DNA of 64,000 bases from a virus (IMGVR_UViG_3300015608_005401:10686-74685); one strand, 5' to 3'. Numbered from the stretch's first letter, positions 20,701 through 30,850 are shown. Numbers and translations: made by a program. The notes: generated by a model from the sequence alone, not told the origin.

Positions 20701-21876
20701 ATCACTTATCAAAGCTGTATTTTTATTTAGCATTGATTGCTTTCCTGATAAATCAACATCTGATATAATTCTATACTTTGTAATATTTGCATTAGTATAT
20801 TGTTGAGTTACTACATTACCGGTTACAACTGATTGTAAGGTTGCATTAGATTGAGTTTCTTGATACTTTTCAACTTTATAGTATTCACCATTATACTCAA
20901 CATAATATACTTTATGGTCTAAAAATCCTTCAACAAATGGATCGCCACTTGGAGAGTATAGTAAATTACCATTTTGTATAACAGCATCAGTTTTAATAAA
21001 TGGAGTTATATATGGTGATATGGACCTTACTTTAACCATATCATCTAAATAAAATCCATAATATCTATTTATAGACCATTTTCTTAGTGATTCTGAATTA
21101 GCTGGAGTATCATCAAAAAGAAAAGTCATATTAATTATATTTGGAAATACAACTTTATTATTTTTGTACCCATCAAATACATACTTTTCAAATTCGAATA
21201 TCTCTTTTTCTTCCTCATATACAGGCTCTAAAAACATAGACTTACTTGTATATCCACCATTCTCATAATCAATTCCATTCCACTTAGAAAACTCTAAGTT
21301 GTCAAAGCTCATTTCAAATGGTGTTAATGGGAAAAAAACATTTGTGTTAAAGTTTGATTCTAGCCATTCACCAAGTGGTGTTTTTTTAGTTAAATCAAAT
21401 ATCTTAACTGTTTTAAAGTTGTTTAATATAAGAGATTTGAAGTTCTCTCTTTTTACAGTCTCAATACCAGGCCCATCTACCCTAAATATTATAAAGTTTT
21501 TTGGTAGATTATTTGGTGAGATGTAAAGAGGTGCAAAATACTCAAACTCTTCTTTATAGTCTTTATTGTTTATTATATTTCTAGCACCATATTGATAAAT
21601 CTCATCAAATTGAGATGCATAATCTTTGCTAGCTGAATCTACATCATTTTCATATTTTATATAGTATGCTGTATCAGCTGGCAAACCATCATAAAAATAT
21701 GTAATTAACTCATCATAGTAGTTTTGTTTTATAAAAGAAACTTTTTTATACTTTGAATTTGAAAGTTCTTCTTTTGATTCAATACTACTTAATGAAAGGC
21801 TATAATTACTATCCACCACTACTTTGATGTTAGTTGTTAGTCCGACATTGGTTCTTAATATAGCAAAGCTCTTCAC
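17764..21876 (-). CDS. large probable virion structural protein
   Basis: 1370 aa (GTG start), Asn/Ser/Tyr-rich, short W-x-x-x-x-x-Y carbohydrate-binding-like repeats (WNPSISYNINQY). Confidence 0.6.
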   Translation of the reverse strand: MKSFAILRTNVGLTTNIKVVVDSNYSLSLSSIESKEELSNSKYKKVSFIKQNYYDELITYFYDGLPADTAYYIKYENDVDSASKDYASQFDEIYQYGARNIINNKDYKEEFEYFAPLYISPNNLPKNFIIFRVDGPGIETVKRENFKSLILNNFKTVKIFDLTKKTPLGEWLESNFNTNVFFPLTPFEMSFDNLEFSKWNGIDYENGGYTSKSMFLEPVYEEEKEIFEFEKYVFDGYKNNKVVFPNIINMTFLFDDTPANSESLRKWSINRYYGFYLDDMVKVRSISPYITPFIKTDAVIQNGNLLYSPSGDPFVEGFLDHKVYYVEYNGEYYKVEKYQETQSNATLQSVVTGNVVTQQYTNANITKYRIISDVDLSGKQSMLNKNTALISDNSAYPNRILNYDNTNYQIPEWDTADVWLIEIDGVFHNLVRETSPELVNGILTTTTKVRINSDYSFRINENDYEYWINKNDPSYTKKVSFVVDADNPPKKFNIYKLKFTDIKDFDTRIVDTEYSKFEYENKYDLTETDETKLYLVDLRSKSIPKHYDDFIFKEVVSNIPVSSEYTANHETFKIDNGDLSEIWRKNSTYCRWGFQNSLSANDVPYLLNNSLIFEDYNRSVNPFDPNPKRIERNLDYFYTINSSTFSYIHHTLHVESQNVNGIDTSFKFELDKYLNMATYSNGTYSATYSFDYFSHFFEKNARFDNYKINKNSKKYSLFNRADKSIPNITLFKGLKFLIYDVEDVKKDETGKIEVFNLKTSNTFDGYKFSILLSDNDWSVIDSPVGNNIGVLTQSQNLMNWTIFDDWKMDKTYNNGDIVLKDDILYISSTSSNIVTNPVKEYVNIKKAISAPYNQSGWSVYSPTFSSIFWNPSLTYPGAGVGTGGVIVYNSGDYYICNSSTGDDFWNPIKSDSVNGYTQSEVVLFKGQYYMSMTSSNHHRPDYKEPYAFSNVYSSKRSLLDGYSVYETVGRYYWVATQSSNPKWSVVQLWNPSISYNINQYTIHNSIVYKSLTSVMSGNEPGISSDWLRIYSLVPDTSLAYSSSLNPIIEMNNSYYMINSNASNSTLENGINIYINKKWKNVLINIDIADNTIPGISENERDNMYNELNTKLTAHNFIECINDISNKYGFTDYVNYIIINEDNSIQRYNHDNIAGLPYFIKCEVPDEVVMKAHSLEFKIVDSPKELKPTKVLSSINPDLSNLNYYNKTAVAVEINSNKNVPKPTINYSGSINITSDVIYRFSGFYMPIFYSIDLFESPKLDSNTLIEENYKFDTTLTSFGIMKERKIRKINHKEDILKLYNVKNQKSIYPMLDEFGYTVVDSFIFKSTWDYNYHYITSNNLEIKKKEESNKTLVKNANFLGVQTANKNISL

Positions 21877-21893
21877 TTAATAATGTTAATTTT

Positions 21894-24800
21894 TTATCCT
21901 GCTGATCTTACAGCTATGTTATACCCAGCATTAGCATTTACTGCTTGTGTAGCCTTTTTCACAATTACTTTATTTCTGTTTATAACAAATTTTATACTAA
22001 ATGTAAATGGTCTATTTTCAGCCTCATTCTCTAAGAAGAATTTAACCTTCTTAACGTGTGTAACAGTTTGTCTTATAGCATTTAAATTAATATACTTATA
22101 GTTTAATCCATTTTGATTAGTATCTAATGAGTTCATCTTAAAGTAAATGTTTATTGGAAGAATTGTTGCATTATTATCACCAGTATTAACTGTTTTTACT
22201 TTTTCTGAGTTAGTTTCAACTATTGATTCTAAGTTAGGAACAACTGGGTGTATAGTTGTCAATAGTTTTGTAGTTGAAGATACTGATACTGTACTATCTA
22301 TCCACTTAGATGGATCTAATAATGACTTATTATTACCAACAAAAGATAAAATAGATGACTCATTAAATCCAACATTATACTCATTAGAGCCTAATACACT
22401 TGTTATCGAGTTTGATACATTTGTAGCAAATAGATTTCCTATATTTTCTGATAGTTTAGTAACACTTGAATCTATAATTGAGTCATAATTGACCATCCAA
22501 ATATATTGGTTATTTAATTGTGTTCTGGTTTGACCAGATGTATCCGATGTGATTAACTCATCATGATCATTTACCCAGAATGTCTGAGGAGCACCAGTGT
22601 TATAGTAACTTGGATTTTGTAAGTAAGTTCTATTTGAAAGCAATCCTAATGGAGAACTTGTAGATTTATTTCTAATTTTTACCACGAAGTCTTTAATAAC
22701 ATAGATATTATTAGCATAAACTCTACCAGTTGGAATACCTGATCCAGTAAATGGATCTAAGTAGTCCTCACAATCAATATTAAATGTTGTTTCACTTCCA
22801 TTAGCAGCAATAAACTCTTGGTTATTTCTAAGAATAACGACTTCAAGCTCGCCTTTAACTCTTTTAATTTTCTCTTCAAGTGAAGATATTCTCTCTTGTA
22901 AAGATTTTAGATAGTTATATAAATCAAGTGCTACACCATTTTCGTCTTTAAAGCCAGACAATATCTTATTACTTTCATGATGAAATGTTAAATTATTAAC
23001 AACTATTGTATCTGATAAGTGATCATCAAGACCTTTTGCAGATAATTCCTGACTAACTTTAATTTTCAGATCTTCTGAAGTTGCCGCTTTTAAAATGAAA
23101 TCGTTTTCATTTAATACGTTATTTAAGTCATCTGGAAACTCAATTGTTAATACATCTGACCAATCAGACTCAGTTGGCAAATCGGGCCAGCCAACTTCAG
23201 ATATAGATTTAACTCTTATCTCAATTTTTTCATTTGATTGAATACTCAAATCTAATTGGTTAATGTTTGGTGTGTCAGCACTTGTAACATCTTCTATTTC
23301 CCATTTATACTCACCAGTGGCTGGGTTATAAGTTCTTTTTCTTGCATCTGTTTTGAATTCATTCCAGTTAGAAAAAGCCGCCTTTGTTTGAGTATTATCC
23401 ACTTTGAATGTCTCAACTGGTGGTTCAGAGCCATCTTTTGATAAGTATCTATATTGTACTCTAAATTGAACAACCTCTTGGGGTCTTGTTCCTCTAGTAA
23501 CAACAGCAGATGGTATAGTCCAAAAACCTCTAACTCTAAACTTAGGATCAACCTTTGTTTTAGGGTTATTTGATAGTGATATAATCTCTTGAGTAGTGGT
23601 TGATAGTAATTTAGACTTAGCATCTTTCTTTCTACTTAACTCTTCAATCTCAAGTTGAACTTGTTTCTTTTCAGCCTCTGATTTATATTTAACAAATTTA
23701 GATTTAGCGTTTTTATCAATAATAGCGTCTTGAATTTGTTGAACTTCAGACTTTAATGTGAGCTGATAGTTATGTTTTTGTTTAATTACATTAGAGTCTG
23801 GTGTATCAGTTAAATGTTTGTTTATTTGAACAACTTTAAAGTTACCGGAGTTTAAAGTTGGTGCAACTGGAGTACCCGCTAAAGAATTAGGTGTCTTTTT
23901 AGCAACTAAGTCTTTTAATACTGTTCCATAATCATATACATAATCTGTATAGAATTGTTCCATAGTAAGACCATTTTGAGGAGCAGTTGAATCCAATGTT
24001 AAGTCATTAGTCCAGAAACCTGTACCTAAACTCCAGTTTCTTGCTAATAAGTGATTATCCGCATTTAGTGGCTTAATGAATATAACATTTCTCTCATCGT
24101 AGCCAACGCTAATTTTAACAACTTTACTATAAACTACAGGTGAGTATATTTTTAGTGTTCCTATTCCAACTGGAACTGGTTCAACGCCTTCGACTCTTTC
24201 CAATCTAACTCTTGGATTAGATTCAGCAGTTGAAACCTCAATTACTTTATATCTTGTTGATGTTTGAGCAGAATTTATAATAACTTCACTACCAATAGAA
24301 AGTTTTGCTGTTTCATTGGTTGCTCTTACTAAGTATGTTAGTGTATCCAATACATACCAAAGTTTTCTATTAATTCTATCTTCTTGTATTCTTAAAACAC
24401 TGAACTGACCATCGTATAGTAATTCGTGTGGATCTAAGTCAAAAACTTGTTCATCAAACTGTGGGTTTGTAGGATCAACTAAACCAGGTGTAGTTGTGTG
24501 CCAATTTTCAAAATCAGATATTAAAATAGATGAGTTCCCTCTAAATAGTGTATTAAAACTATTTAATGCAGATTGTCCTAAGTTTGTAAGAGCACCTGTA
24601 GCGTCTTTTGCAAAATTAATAATATATCTTCTACTTTGAATTTTTCTAACATTATTTTCTACTTTACCAGTTAAATCTAACTCAACAGAAACTATTGGAC
24701 TCATTAACCCATCAAAAAACCAGTTATTAAGTGCTTTGAATTTATTAATAGAACCAATTGCTCCGACAGCATTAGGTTCTCTATTTAAATCAACTGTGAT

Positions 24801-25088
24801 TATTTTTTTATATTTATTTTGATTTGAGGTAGCAATCATTGCACCTGCTGCATCTATACTATAAAGTGAATTGATATTGTTATTTAATCTATCAATCTCA
24901 CCTTTAAGTGAGTTAAATGATGGTACAGCAAAAGTTCTTAGAACTCCATTTTCATCATATATTTTTATATTTACTGTACTATCTTGTGTAGTAACTAGTG
25001 AGTTTATTTGACCTAATATTTCTATAATATTCTTATTAGATGAAATAACCTGGTCAGCTACTGTCGGAAATGAACTTTGAATAGGCAT
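21894..25088 (-). CDS. large probable virion structural protein
   Basis: 1064 aa with central coiled coils; TTAATATATA motif upstream on the minus strand. Confidence 0.6.
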   Translation of the reverse strand: MPIQSSFPTVADQVISSNKNIIEILGQINSLVTTQDSTVNIKIYDENGVLRTFAVPSFNSLKGEIDRLNNNINSLYSIDAAGAMIATSNQNKYKKIITVDLNREPNAVGAIGSINKFKALNNWFFDGLMSPIVSVELDLTGKVENNVRKIQSRRYIINFAKDATGALTNLGQSALNSFNTLFRGNSSILISDFENWHTTTPGLVDPTNPQFDEQVFDLDPHELLYDGQFSVLRIQEDRINRKLWYVLDTLTYLVRATNETAKLSIGSEVIINSAQTSTRYKVIEVSTAESNPRVRLERVEGVEPVPVGIGTLKIYSPVVYSKVVKISVGYDERNVIFIKPLNADNHLLARNWSLGTGFWTNDLTLDSTAPQNGLTMEQFYTDYVYDYGTVLKDLVAKKTPNSLAGTPVAPTLNSGNFKVVQINKHLTDTPDSNVIKQKHNYQLTLKSEVQQIQDAIIDKNAKSKFVKYKSEAEKKQVQLEIEELSRKKDAKSKLLSTTTQEIISLSNNPKTKVDPKFRVRGFWTIPSAVVTRGTRPQEVVQFRVQYRYLSKDGSEPPVETFKVDNTQTKAAFSNWNEFKTDARKRTYNPATGEYKWEIEDVTSADTPNINQLDLSIQSNEKIEIRVKSISEVGWPDLPTESDWSDVLTIEFPDDLNNVLNENDFILKAATSEDLKIKVSQELSAKGLDDHLSDTIVVNNLTFHHESNKILSGFKDENGVALDLYNYLKSLQERISSLEEKIKRVKGELEVVILRNNQEFIAANGSETTFNIDCEDYLDPFTGSGIPTGRVYANNIYVIKDFVVKIRNKSTSSPLGLLSNRTYLQNPSYYNTGAPQTFWVNDHDELITSDTSGQTRTQLNNQYIWMVNYDSIIDSSVTKLSENIGNLFATNVSNSITSVLGSNEYNVGFNESSILSFVGNNKSLLDPSKWIDSTVSVSSTTKLLTTIHPVVPNLESIVETNSEKVKTVNTGDNNATILPINIYFKMNSLDTNQNGLNYKYINLNAIRQTVTHVKKVKFFLENEAENRPFTFSIKFVINRNKVIVKKATQAVNANAGYNIAVRSAG

Positions 25089-25179
25089 ATTTTTAATCTG
25101 TTGATTTTTTTATTATATATTAAATTCTACTCATTTCTTTGGTATTTGTTTTTGTTAAAAAATTTACTTAAATTTGTAA

Positions 25180-25413
25180 ATGATGAAGATTTATACAGTT
25201 ACATTTAATGATGGTGGTTGGCATAGCTCACTACCAAGCTATCAAGTAGTTGCATCTTCAAAAGAAGAAGCTATTGATAAAGTAAAGTCAGAACACACTT
25301 ATTATAAAAGTTGGGATTGTTGGGCAACAGAGTTCAAAATGGAAGGTTATGTAATTGAAGTATATGATGAAAAAACATATAACCGTAATAAAAATTTAGA
25401 AAATTTATTGTAA
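25180..25413 (+). CDS. small hypothetical protein ending RNKNLENLL
   Basis: TAAATTTG promoter immediately upstream. Confidence 0.65.
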   Translation: MMKIYTVTFNDGGWHSSLPSYQVVASSKEEAIDKVKSEHTYYKSWDCWATEFKMEGYVIEVYDEKTYNRNKNLENLL

Positions 25414-25440
25414 GTAAAAAAAATTAACTATCTTTGTAAA

Positions 25441-27267
25441 ATGATTGAACAATTAAGAGAGCAAATTATTAAAGCAAATGAGTCTTATCGTCTTGGTAAG
25501 CCTGTTATATCCGATGCTAAATACGATCAATTAGTTGAGGAACTTCAAATGTTATCACCGGATGATGAACTACTAAATAAGGTAGGTCATACAATTGCCG
25601 ATGAATCTCGTAAAAGTAAATTACCTATTGAAATGGCTTCGATGAATAAAATCAAGTCAATAGATGATATCAATGATTGGTGTCGTCTAAAAGGTATTTC
25701 AAAATCAGAATATGTTATTATCACTCCTAAGTTTGATGGTTTATCACTTTGTGTAAATGAAGCCACATCAGAGGCTTGGACTCGTGGTGATGGTGAATTT
25801 GGTCAAAAATCAAATGAACACTACTCTTTAATTCAAAATCACTTAAACTTAGAAGAAGATTCATTTAGCTTTACATATGGTGAAGTTATGATGCCTAAGC
25901 AAGTATTTGTTGATAAATACTCCGCTGATTTTGCCAACCCTCGTAATCTTGTTGCTGGTTTGTTAAACTCAAAAGAACCAGGTGACATTCTTAAAGATTG
26001 TCAGTATATTAAGTATGGTGCTATCTGTAAAAGAAACTTCTCAACTAAACAAGAAGTTATCAATGAACTTAATAAAGGACAACAAACAAAAGTTCAATAT
26101 TACATTTGTCAAATCTCTGACCTTGATGAAGATTTACTAATTGAATTATTCCACAAATTCTCTACTGAGTTTGAAATTGATGGATTGATTATAGAGTTAA
26201 ATCGTCTTGACTTACAATCTCAATTGGGTCGTGAAACATCATCTAATAATCCAGTATGGGCTCGTGCCTTCAAACATCCAAGTTTTGAACAATCTGCTGA
26301 AACAGATATTATCGGTATTTCTTGGAATATTTCTAAACAAGGTTTATTAAAACCAACTTTACATATCTCACCTGTTAAACTTGATGGTGTAACAGTATCT
26401 AACGTGACTGGTAACAACGCCAGATTCGTAAAAGACTTAGGGCTTGGTGTAGGTGCTAAAGTAGTCGTAAAACGTTCTGGAATGGTTATTCCAATCATTG
26501 CGGATGTTGTCATTCCAGTTGAATTTCAAATGCCTGATGTTCCAAACATTGATTGGAATGAGAATGGCGTTGAATTAGTAACACTTTTTGAAACTGATGA
26601 ACAACAACTTAAAAAGATTGTTGCTTTCTTTGAAATCTTAGAAGCAGACAATGTGTCAGAAGGTGTTATTACTCAATTGTGGGAAGCTGGTTACAGAACA
26701 ATTAAAGATATTCTTAATCTTAAAAAACAAGATTTAGAAAAGATTGACCGTTTTGGAAAACGTAAAGCCGAAATTGTTTATAACTCAATTCAAAAGTCTA
26801 TTACAGGTGTTCAATTGTCTAAACTACAACATGCGACTGGTATCTTCAAAGGATTGGGATCACTTAGATTGGTGAAGTTAGAACATTTTAAAACAAAACC
26901 ATCGGTTGATGATGTTATGATGATTGATGGGTTTGCGGAATCTTCCGCTAAATCGTATGTTGATAGTTATGATGAATTTTTTGATTTTATCAAAGGTCTT
27001 CCAATTACTATAATAGAAAAAGTTGAATCTGTTAAAGTTTCTAATGATTTAGAAGGTATGTCTTTTATCTTCACTGGGGTTAGAAGACCCGATCTTGTTA
27101 AGATTATAGAATCCAGAGGTGGGAAAGAATGCTCGTCTGTTTCTAAAAACACAACACATTTAGTTTGCGCCGATAAAGGTTCAAGTTCGTCTAAAATGAA
27201 GAAGGCAATTGATTTAGGAATACAAATTTTAGATGTAAAAGATTTAGAAAATCTTTTGTCATTATAA
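25441..27267 (+). CDS. ligA: NAD-dependent DNA ligase
   Basis: TPKFDGLS (KxDG), TRGDG, NPRNLVAG, EIDGLI, ARAFK, C-terminal BRCT (FIFTG..SVSKNTTHLV). Confidence 0.95.
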   Translation: MIEQLREQIIKANESYRLGKPVISDAKYDQLVEELQMLSPDDELLNKVGHTIADESRKSKLPIEMASMNKIKSIDDINDWCRLKGISKSEYVIITPKFDGLSLCVNEATSEAWTRGDGEFGQKSNEHYSLIQNHLNLEEDSFSFTYGEVMMPKQVFVDKYSADFANPRNLVAGLLNSKEPGDILKDCQYIKYGAICKRNFSTKQEVINELNKGQQTKVQYYICQISDLDEDLLIELFHKFSTEFEIDGLIIELNRLDLQSQLGRETSSNNPVWARAFKHPSFEQSAETDIIGISWNISKQGLLKPTLHISPVKLDGVTVSNVTGNNARFVKDLGLGVGAKVVVKRSGMVIPIIADVVIPVEFQMPDVPNIDWNENGVELVTLFETDEQQLKKIVAFFEILEADNVSEGVITQLWEAGYRTIKDILNLKKQDLEKIDRFGKRKAEIVYNSIQKSITGVQLSKLQHATGIFKGLGSLRLVKLEHFKTKPSVDDVMMIDGFAESSAKSYVDSYDEFFDFIKGLPITIIEKVESVKVSNDLEGMSFIFTGVRRPDLVKIIESRGGKECSSVSKNTTHLVCADKGSSSSKMKKAIDLGIQILDVKDLENLLSL

Positions 27268-27304
27268 GAAAAATCATTATATTTGTATAGCAAAATAAGA
27301 GAAA

Positions 27305-27925
27305 GTGAAAATAGATTATCAATTAGAATATAGAAAACAATTACAAATAAATATCTCACTTGTAAGAAATGAGATAGATAATCCGGATTTTGTATTAAAA
27401 ATTACAAATCATGCTGAAAAGTTTGGTAGAGAATATGATGAAGTGAAATCAAAAATCATGACTGATGATATGTATGCCGAGTGGTTCGCTAAAGATCCGG
27501 CTAAACAAAATATCTATGAAAAATTAGCGGCTTCATATATATCCGGAATTGAAGATGTTGTTGATTTCAGAAATCTTCCAAATAGTGCTAAAATGTTTAT
27601 TGTTGAAGGTAAAGTTACATCAGAAAGATTAAATGATGTTAAATCTATTGACTTTCACTTTAAAGTTGGTGATAATAACATTTATGCTTCACATAAATAT
27701 ATCAAAGCCACTTATGGTGGTGCTCAAGATAATCAATATAATGATATCAGAAACTTTTTGAGAAATTGTAATAAAATTTCATCAGGTAATGATTATTATA
27801 TAGCAATTTGTGATGGTCCATATTTTGATACGAAAATTCAAGTTCTAAATGACGACTTTGGATCAACAAATGTTTTAGCAATGACTATTGATGAATTAGA
27901 AGATTTTATAAATAAGATAAAATAA
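27305..27925 (+). CDS. putative restriction endonuclease (PD-(D/E)xK-like)
   Basis: KSIDF...YASHKY..GGAQDNQ; convergent with an adenine methyltransferase. Confidence 0.55.
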   Translation: MKIDYQLEYRKQLQINISLVRNEIDNPDFVLKITNHAEKFGREYDEVKSKIMTDDMYAEWFAKDPAKQNIYEKLAASYISGIEDVVDFRNLPNSAKMFIVEGKVTSERLNDVKSIDFHFKVGDNNIYASHKYIKATYGGAQDNQYNDIRNFLRNCNKISSGNDYYIAICDGPYFDTKIQVLNDDFGSTNVLAMTIDELEDFINKIK

Positions 27926-27956
27926 AAAAAAGAGGGATTAAAATCCCTCTTTTTTT
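27926..27956. terminator. bidirectional intrinsic terminator
   Basis: AAAAAGAGGGAT-TAAA-ATCCCTCTTTTTT. Confidence 0.85.
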
Positions 27957-28942
27957 ATAATATAACTTATAATTTTATAAGCAACATCAAATGATATTCT
28001 TTTTCTAGCATATGATGATGTTGAGTTTCTAAAATTTGTTAGAAACATAGAATTATACTTTTCTCTATTTGATTCTAAAATTCTATTAAACTCATCACAT
28101 ATTTTAATCTCTTGTTCTTCTGTATATACTTTATCCATTACTAAAGTAGCAAAAGATCTATCACTTTCTTTACCATAGAAATGTTCTCTTTTGATACTTA
28201 AAGCAATTCTTCCCTCATTTGTCCCAGTATCAATTGCTCGTAAATATAGATTTGAGTTTGGTGTTCCATCTATTCTTAACCTTTTTATTCCAGTATTTTC
28301 TACACTATTTAGTATATCTAAAAAGTCAGATCCAATTCTCCAACCTGTTGATTTTTTCAAGTCATAATATTTGATTTCTTTATTGGGAAAAAAACAACAC
28401 TCAATTGTATCATACTCATCATTTCTATCCTCTTTTAACTTAAAAGAGAAAGAACATATAGTATATGTAGTATCATCAAATACCGTCTCCTCAAAAATAT
28501 TTAATCTAATTATATCAAACTTACTAAAAAACAAATCTCTTATTTTATTATCCTCATCACAAAAGAAATTTAAGGGAATTATTAATATACCACCACTACA
28601 ATCAATTATGCTTTTTATAGCAGCTTTATATAAATCACTTACTTCATATAAATCATATAAAGATTTATCTTTATTTTTATTCCTGGCTAAGAATGGTGGA
28701 TTAGTTACAACTAGTTTATTTTTATAATCTGGTTTATTTGATAGTGTATCTCTTTTCTCACAACCTTCAATTTTTGGATCTATATCATATATCTCATATT
28801 CATTATCAAATATTAATAAATCTCCTTCTCCGCAAAATGGTTCTACAACTGTTAGATTTTTATCTAAATCCTCTAAAAGATTTCCTATGATATACTTGGA
28901 CCTCTTTGTATAGAATTGTCCTAATTTTACTTTATTTTCCAT
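27938..28942 (-). CDS. N6-adenine DNA methyltransferase
   Basis: LGQFYT, EPFCGEGDL (motif I), TNPPF (motif IV). Confidence 0.85.
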   Translation of the reverse strand: MENKVKLGQFYTKRSKYIIGNLLEDLDKNLTVVEPFCGEGDLLIFDNEYEIYDIDPKIEGCEKRDTLSNKPDYKNKLVVTNPPFLARNKNKDKSLYDLYEVSDLYKAAIKSIIDCSGGILIIPLNFFCDEDNKIRDLFFSKFDIIRLNIFEETVFDDTTYTICSFSFKLKEDRNDEYDTIECCFFPNKEIKYYDLKKSTGWRIGSDFLDILNSVENTGIKRLRIDGTPNSNLYLRAIDTGTNEGRIALSIKREHFYGKESDRSFATLVMDKVYTEEQEIKICDEFNRILESNREKYNSMFLTNFRNSTSSYARKRISFDVAYKIISYIIKKEGF

Positions 28943-28967
28943 ATTTTTTATATTATTTTTTCATGTT

Positions 28968-29660
28968 TTAGTTTGTATAAACCCATTTATACCCACCACA
29001 TTGTTTATAAACACCACTACAAGCTCTTGATATACCTGATCTGTCTATATTTAATTCTCTAGCTGCTTCCATAATAGATTTCCATTCTTTAATAAAAGAA
29101 CCGTCCATTGATAGTTGTTTTATTTTAATACTTTGGTCTATTTTGATTTTCTTTTCTTTCTCAGGTTTGTTGTATTTAAGACCTCTATGACCGTCAGCTA
29201 ATTTTCTTATATGTTCATCTGTTAGTTTTCTACCTTTTAATTTATTTTTAATTTTTTCTTTGGTTTCATCTGAGTGATTTTTATCTTGAAAAGGATGACC
29301 ATATTCACTTAGGTATTTACTAACAGACTCGCTTATTTTTTTCTTAGTCTCATTAGACATATTTCCAATTTTTCTACCATATTTAGAATTACCACCAATT
29401 GTTAAATTATAACCAATTTCTAAATTATTAGAATTATAAAATTTTATCCAGTATATTTCTCTTTCCTCTAAAAACTCATTATCAACTTCCTCCAATATCT
29501 CTCTGTTGAAACTATCTAATCCATATTTATTTATAGCATCTTTTAATAATTTACCACTACCATAGTATTTATTTCTAAGGAATTTATCCTTGGTGAATAT
29601 TCTTTTACCAATATAAATTTTGTTGTTTATTAAATTAGTTGTTTTATATATCACTCCCAT
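28968..29660 (-). CDS. GIY-YIG homing endonuclease with NUMOD3/NUMOD1-like repeats
   Basis: MGVIYKTTNLINNKIYIGK..YYGSG; HSDETKEKI; KEWKSIMEAARELNI..GYKWVY; start reassigned to 29660. Confidence 0.85.
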   Translation of the reverse strand: MGVIYKTTNLINNKIYIGKRIFTKDKFLRNKYYGSGKLLKDAINKYGLDSFNREILEEVDNEFLEEREIYWIKFYNSNNLEIGYNLTIGGNSKYGRKIGNMSNETKKKISESVSKYLSEYGHPFQDKNHSDETKEKIKNKLKGRKLTDEHIRKLADGHRGLKYNKPEKEKKIKIDQSIKIKQLSMDGSFIKEWKSIMEAARELNIDRSGISRACSGVYKQCGGYKWVYTN

Positions 29661-29662
29661 AA

Positions 29663-29824
29663 TTAGATAATTATTTTTTCTAAGTCTACTCCATTCTTCA
29701 ATAAATCTTGTTCTATCAACCATTCAATATATGCGGACTTATTATCAAACATTTCTTCCATATAATTATCTAACTTTTTATCTATTGAAATGGAGACAGA
29801 TACTTTTTCTTTTATAGCTTTCAT
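29663..29824 (-). CDS. ribbon-helix-helix (CopG-like) regulator, 53 aa, absent from the ORF track
   Basis: MKAIKEKVSVSISIDKKLDNYMEEMFDNKSAYIEWLIEQDLLKNG. Confidence 0.65.
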   Translation of the reverse strand: MKAIKEKVSVSISIDKKLDNYMEEMFDNKSAYIEWLIEQDLLKNGVDLEKIII

Positions 29825-29931
29825 AACTTTTATTATTTTTTCTTATAATATATATTAAGTTCCAAAAGTCAAAAAGTAGTATTTTTAGATTATTTTTGGA
29901 TTATTTAATAAAAAATTAGTATATTTGTAAA

Positions 29932-30114
29932 ATGAATAAGAAATCAGAGGAGAAAAAGAAAAGAAAAATATCATTTTCTATGAATAAGAAATTATTATCA
30001 AAATTAGATGAACATCTTGAAAATGAAGACTTGGGTAAAAGATCTAAGTATATTGAGAAACTCATAAGAGAAGACATGGAAAAAAGAGGTAAAGACACAA
30101 CTAAAGATTTTTAA
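29932..30114 (+). CDS. ribbon-helix-helix (CopG-like) regulator
   Basis: KISFSMNKKLLSKLDEHL..RSKYIEKLIREDM. Confidence 0.7.
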   Translation: MNKKSEEKKKRKISFSMNKKLLSKLDEHLENEDLGKRSKYIEKLIREDMEKRGKDTTKDF

Positions 30115-30115
30115 T

Positions 30116-30250
30116 ATGAGTTGTGTTAGTAAAAACACTACTTACCTTGTAATGAAGGCAATTGGTTCTGGCTCTTCTAAAGAAAAGAAAGCAATTGAGT
30201 TAGGTGTTGAAGTTATTACAGTTGAACAATTAGAAAATTTACTAAAATGA
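30116..30250 (+). pseudogene. displaced original 3' end of ligA (BRCT C-terminus)
   Basis: MSCVSKNTTYLVMKAIGSGSSKEKKAIELGVEVITVEQLENLLK*, 26 of 43 residues identical to the ligA end; ATGA overlap with the next gene. Confidence 0.85.
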
Positions 30251-30510
30251 AAATAACAATATTTCAATTAAAATCAAATCCTGAGATAGGGTTTTCAATA
30301 CATGAGGACTTTGAAAACAAGTATAACCCGAAAACTAAGAAATTAGAAAGGGCAAAAGATAAAACCTATCAACTATGGATGGATCCATATGAAGGCGGTG
30401 AAGCATATGAAACTGATTGGGACTATGTTGATGGTTTCAAATCATTTGATGATGCGATGAATTATATTTTAGAAAACCATGGTGAGGTGGAAAAATTAGC
30501 CGTTTATTAA
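30247..30510 (+). CDS. hypothetical protein
   Basis: 87-aa ORF. Confidence 0.65.
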   Translation: MKITIFQLKSNPEIGFSIHEDFENKYNPKTKKLERAKDKTYQLWMDPYEGGEAYETDWDYVDGFKSFDDAMNYILENHGEVEKLAVY

Positions 30511-30511
30511 T

Positions 30512-30850
30512 ATGTCATTAATTTATAATTTAGGTAGAGCCGAAATTGACCAATATGGTGTCTCTGAGCTTGTTAAAGACTTAGAAAGATGTGTTAATAC
30601 ATTAGAAGGCTTGAATAAAATTTTAGACAAAAAGGAGAAAGGTAAATTTCCAGAGGCTGAAACATACAAAAGAATAGAAGATGGTATATTAGACTCTATT
30701 CATAAAGCAAATAATCATCAACTTACATATATGTTGAATGGTGGCTATAAGTTTAGATTTTATACCGAGTTCAATGATAATAATGAGTTATTAAGAGCTG
30801 AAATACAAAAAAGATTAAGAAATAACAAAATAGAAGAAATACTAAAATGA
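30512..30850 (+). CDS. hypothetical protein ending LRNNKIEEILK
   Basis: 112-aa ORF. Confidence 0.65.
   Translation: MSLIYNLGRAEIDQYGVSELVKDLERCVNTLEGLNKILDKKEKGKFPEAETYKRIEDGILDSIHKANNHQLTYMLNGGYKFRFYTEFNDNNELLRAEIQKRLRNNKIEEILK

Larger units (their letters stand above)
27130..30115. mobile_element. restriction-modification / GIY-YIG / RHH cassette inserted in the ligA 3' end
   Basis: Flanked by two diverged copies of the ligase BRCT C-terminus. Confidence 0.7.
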
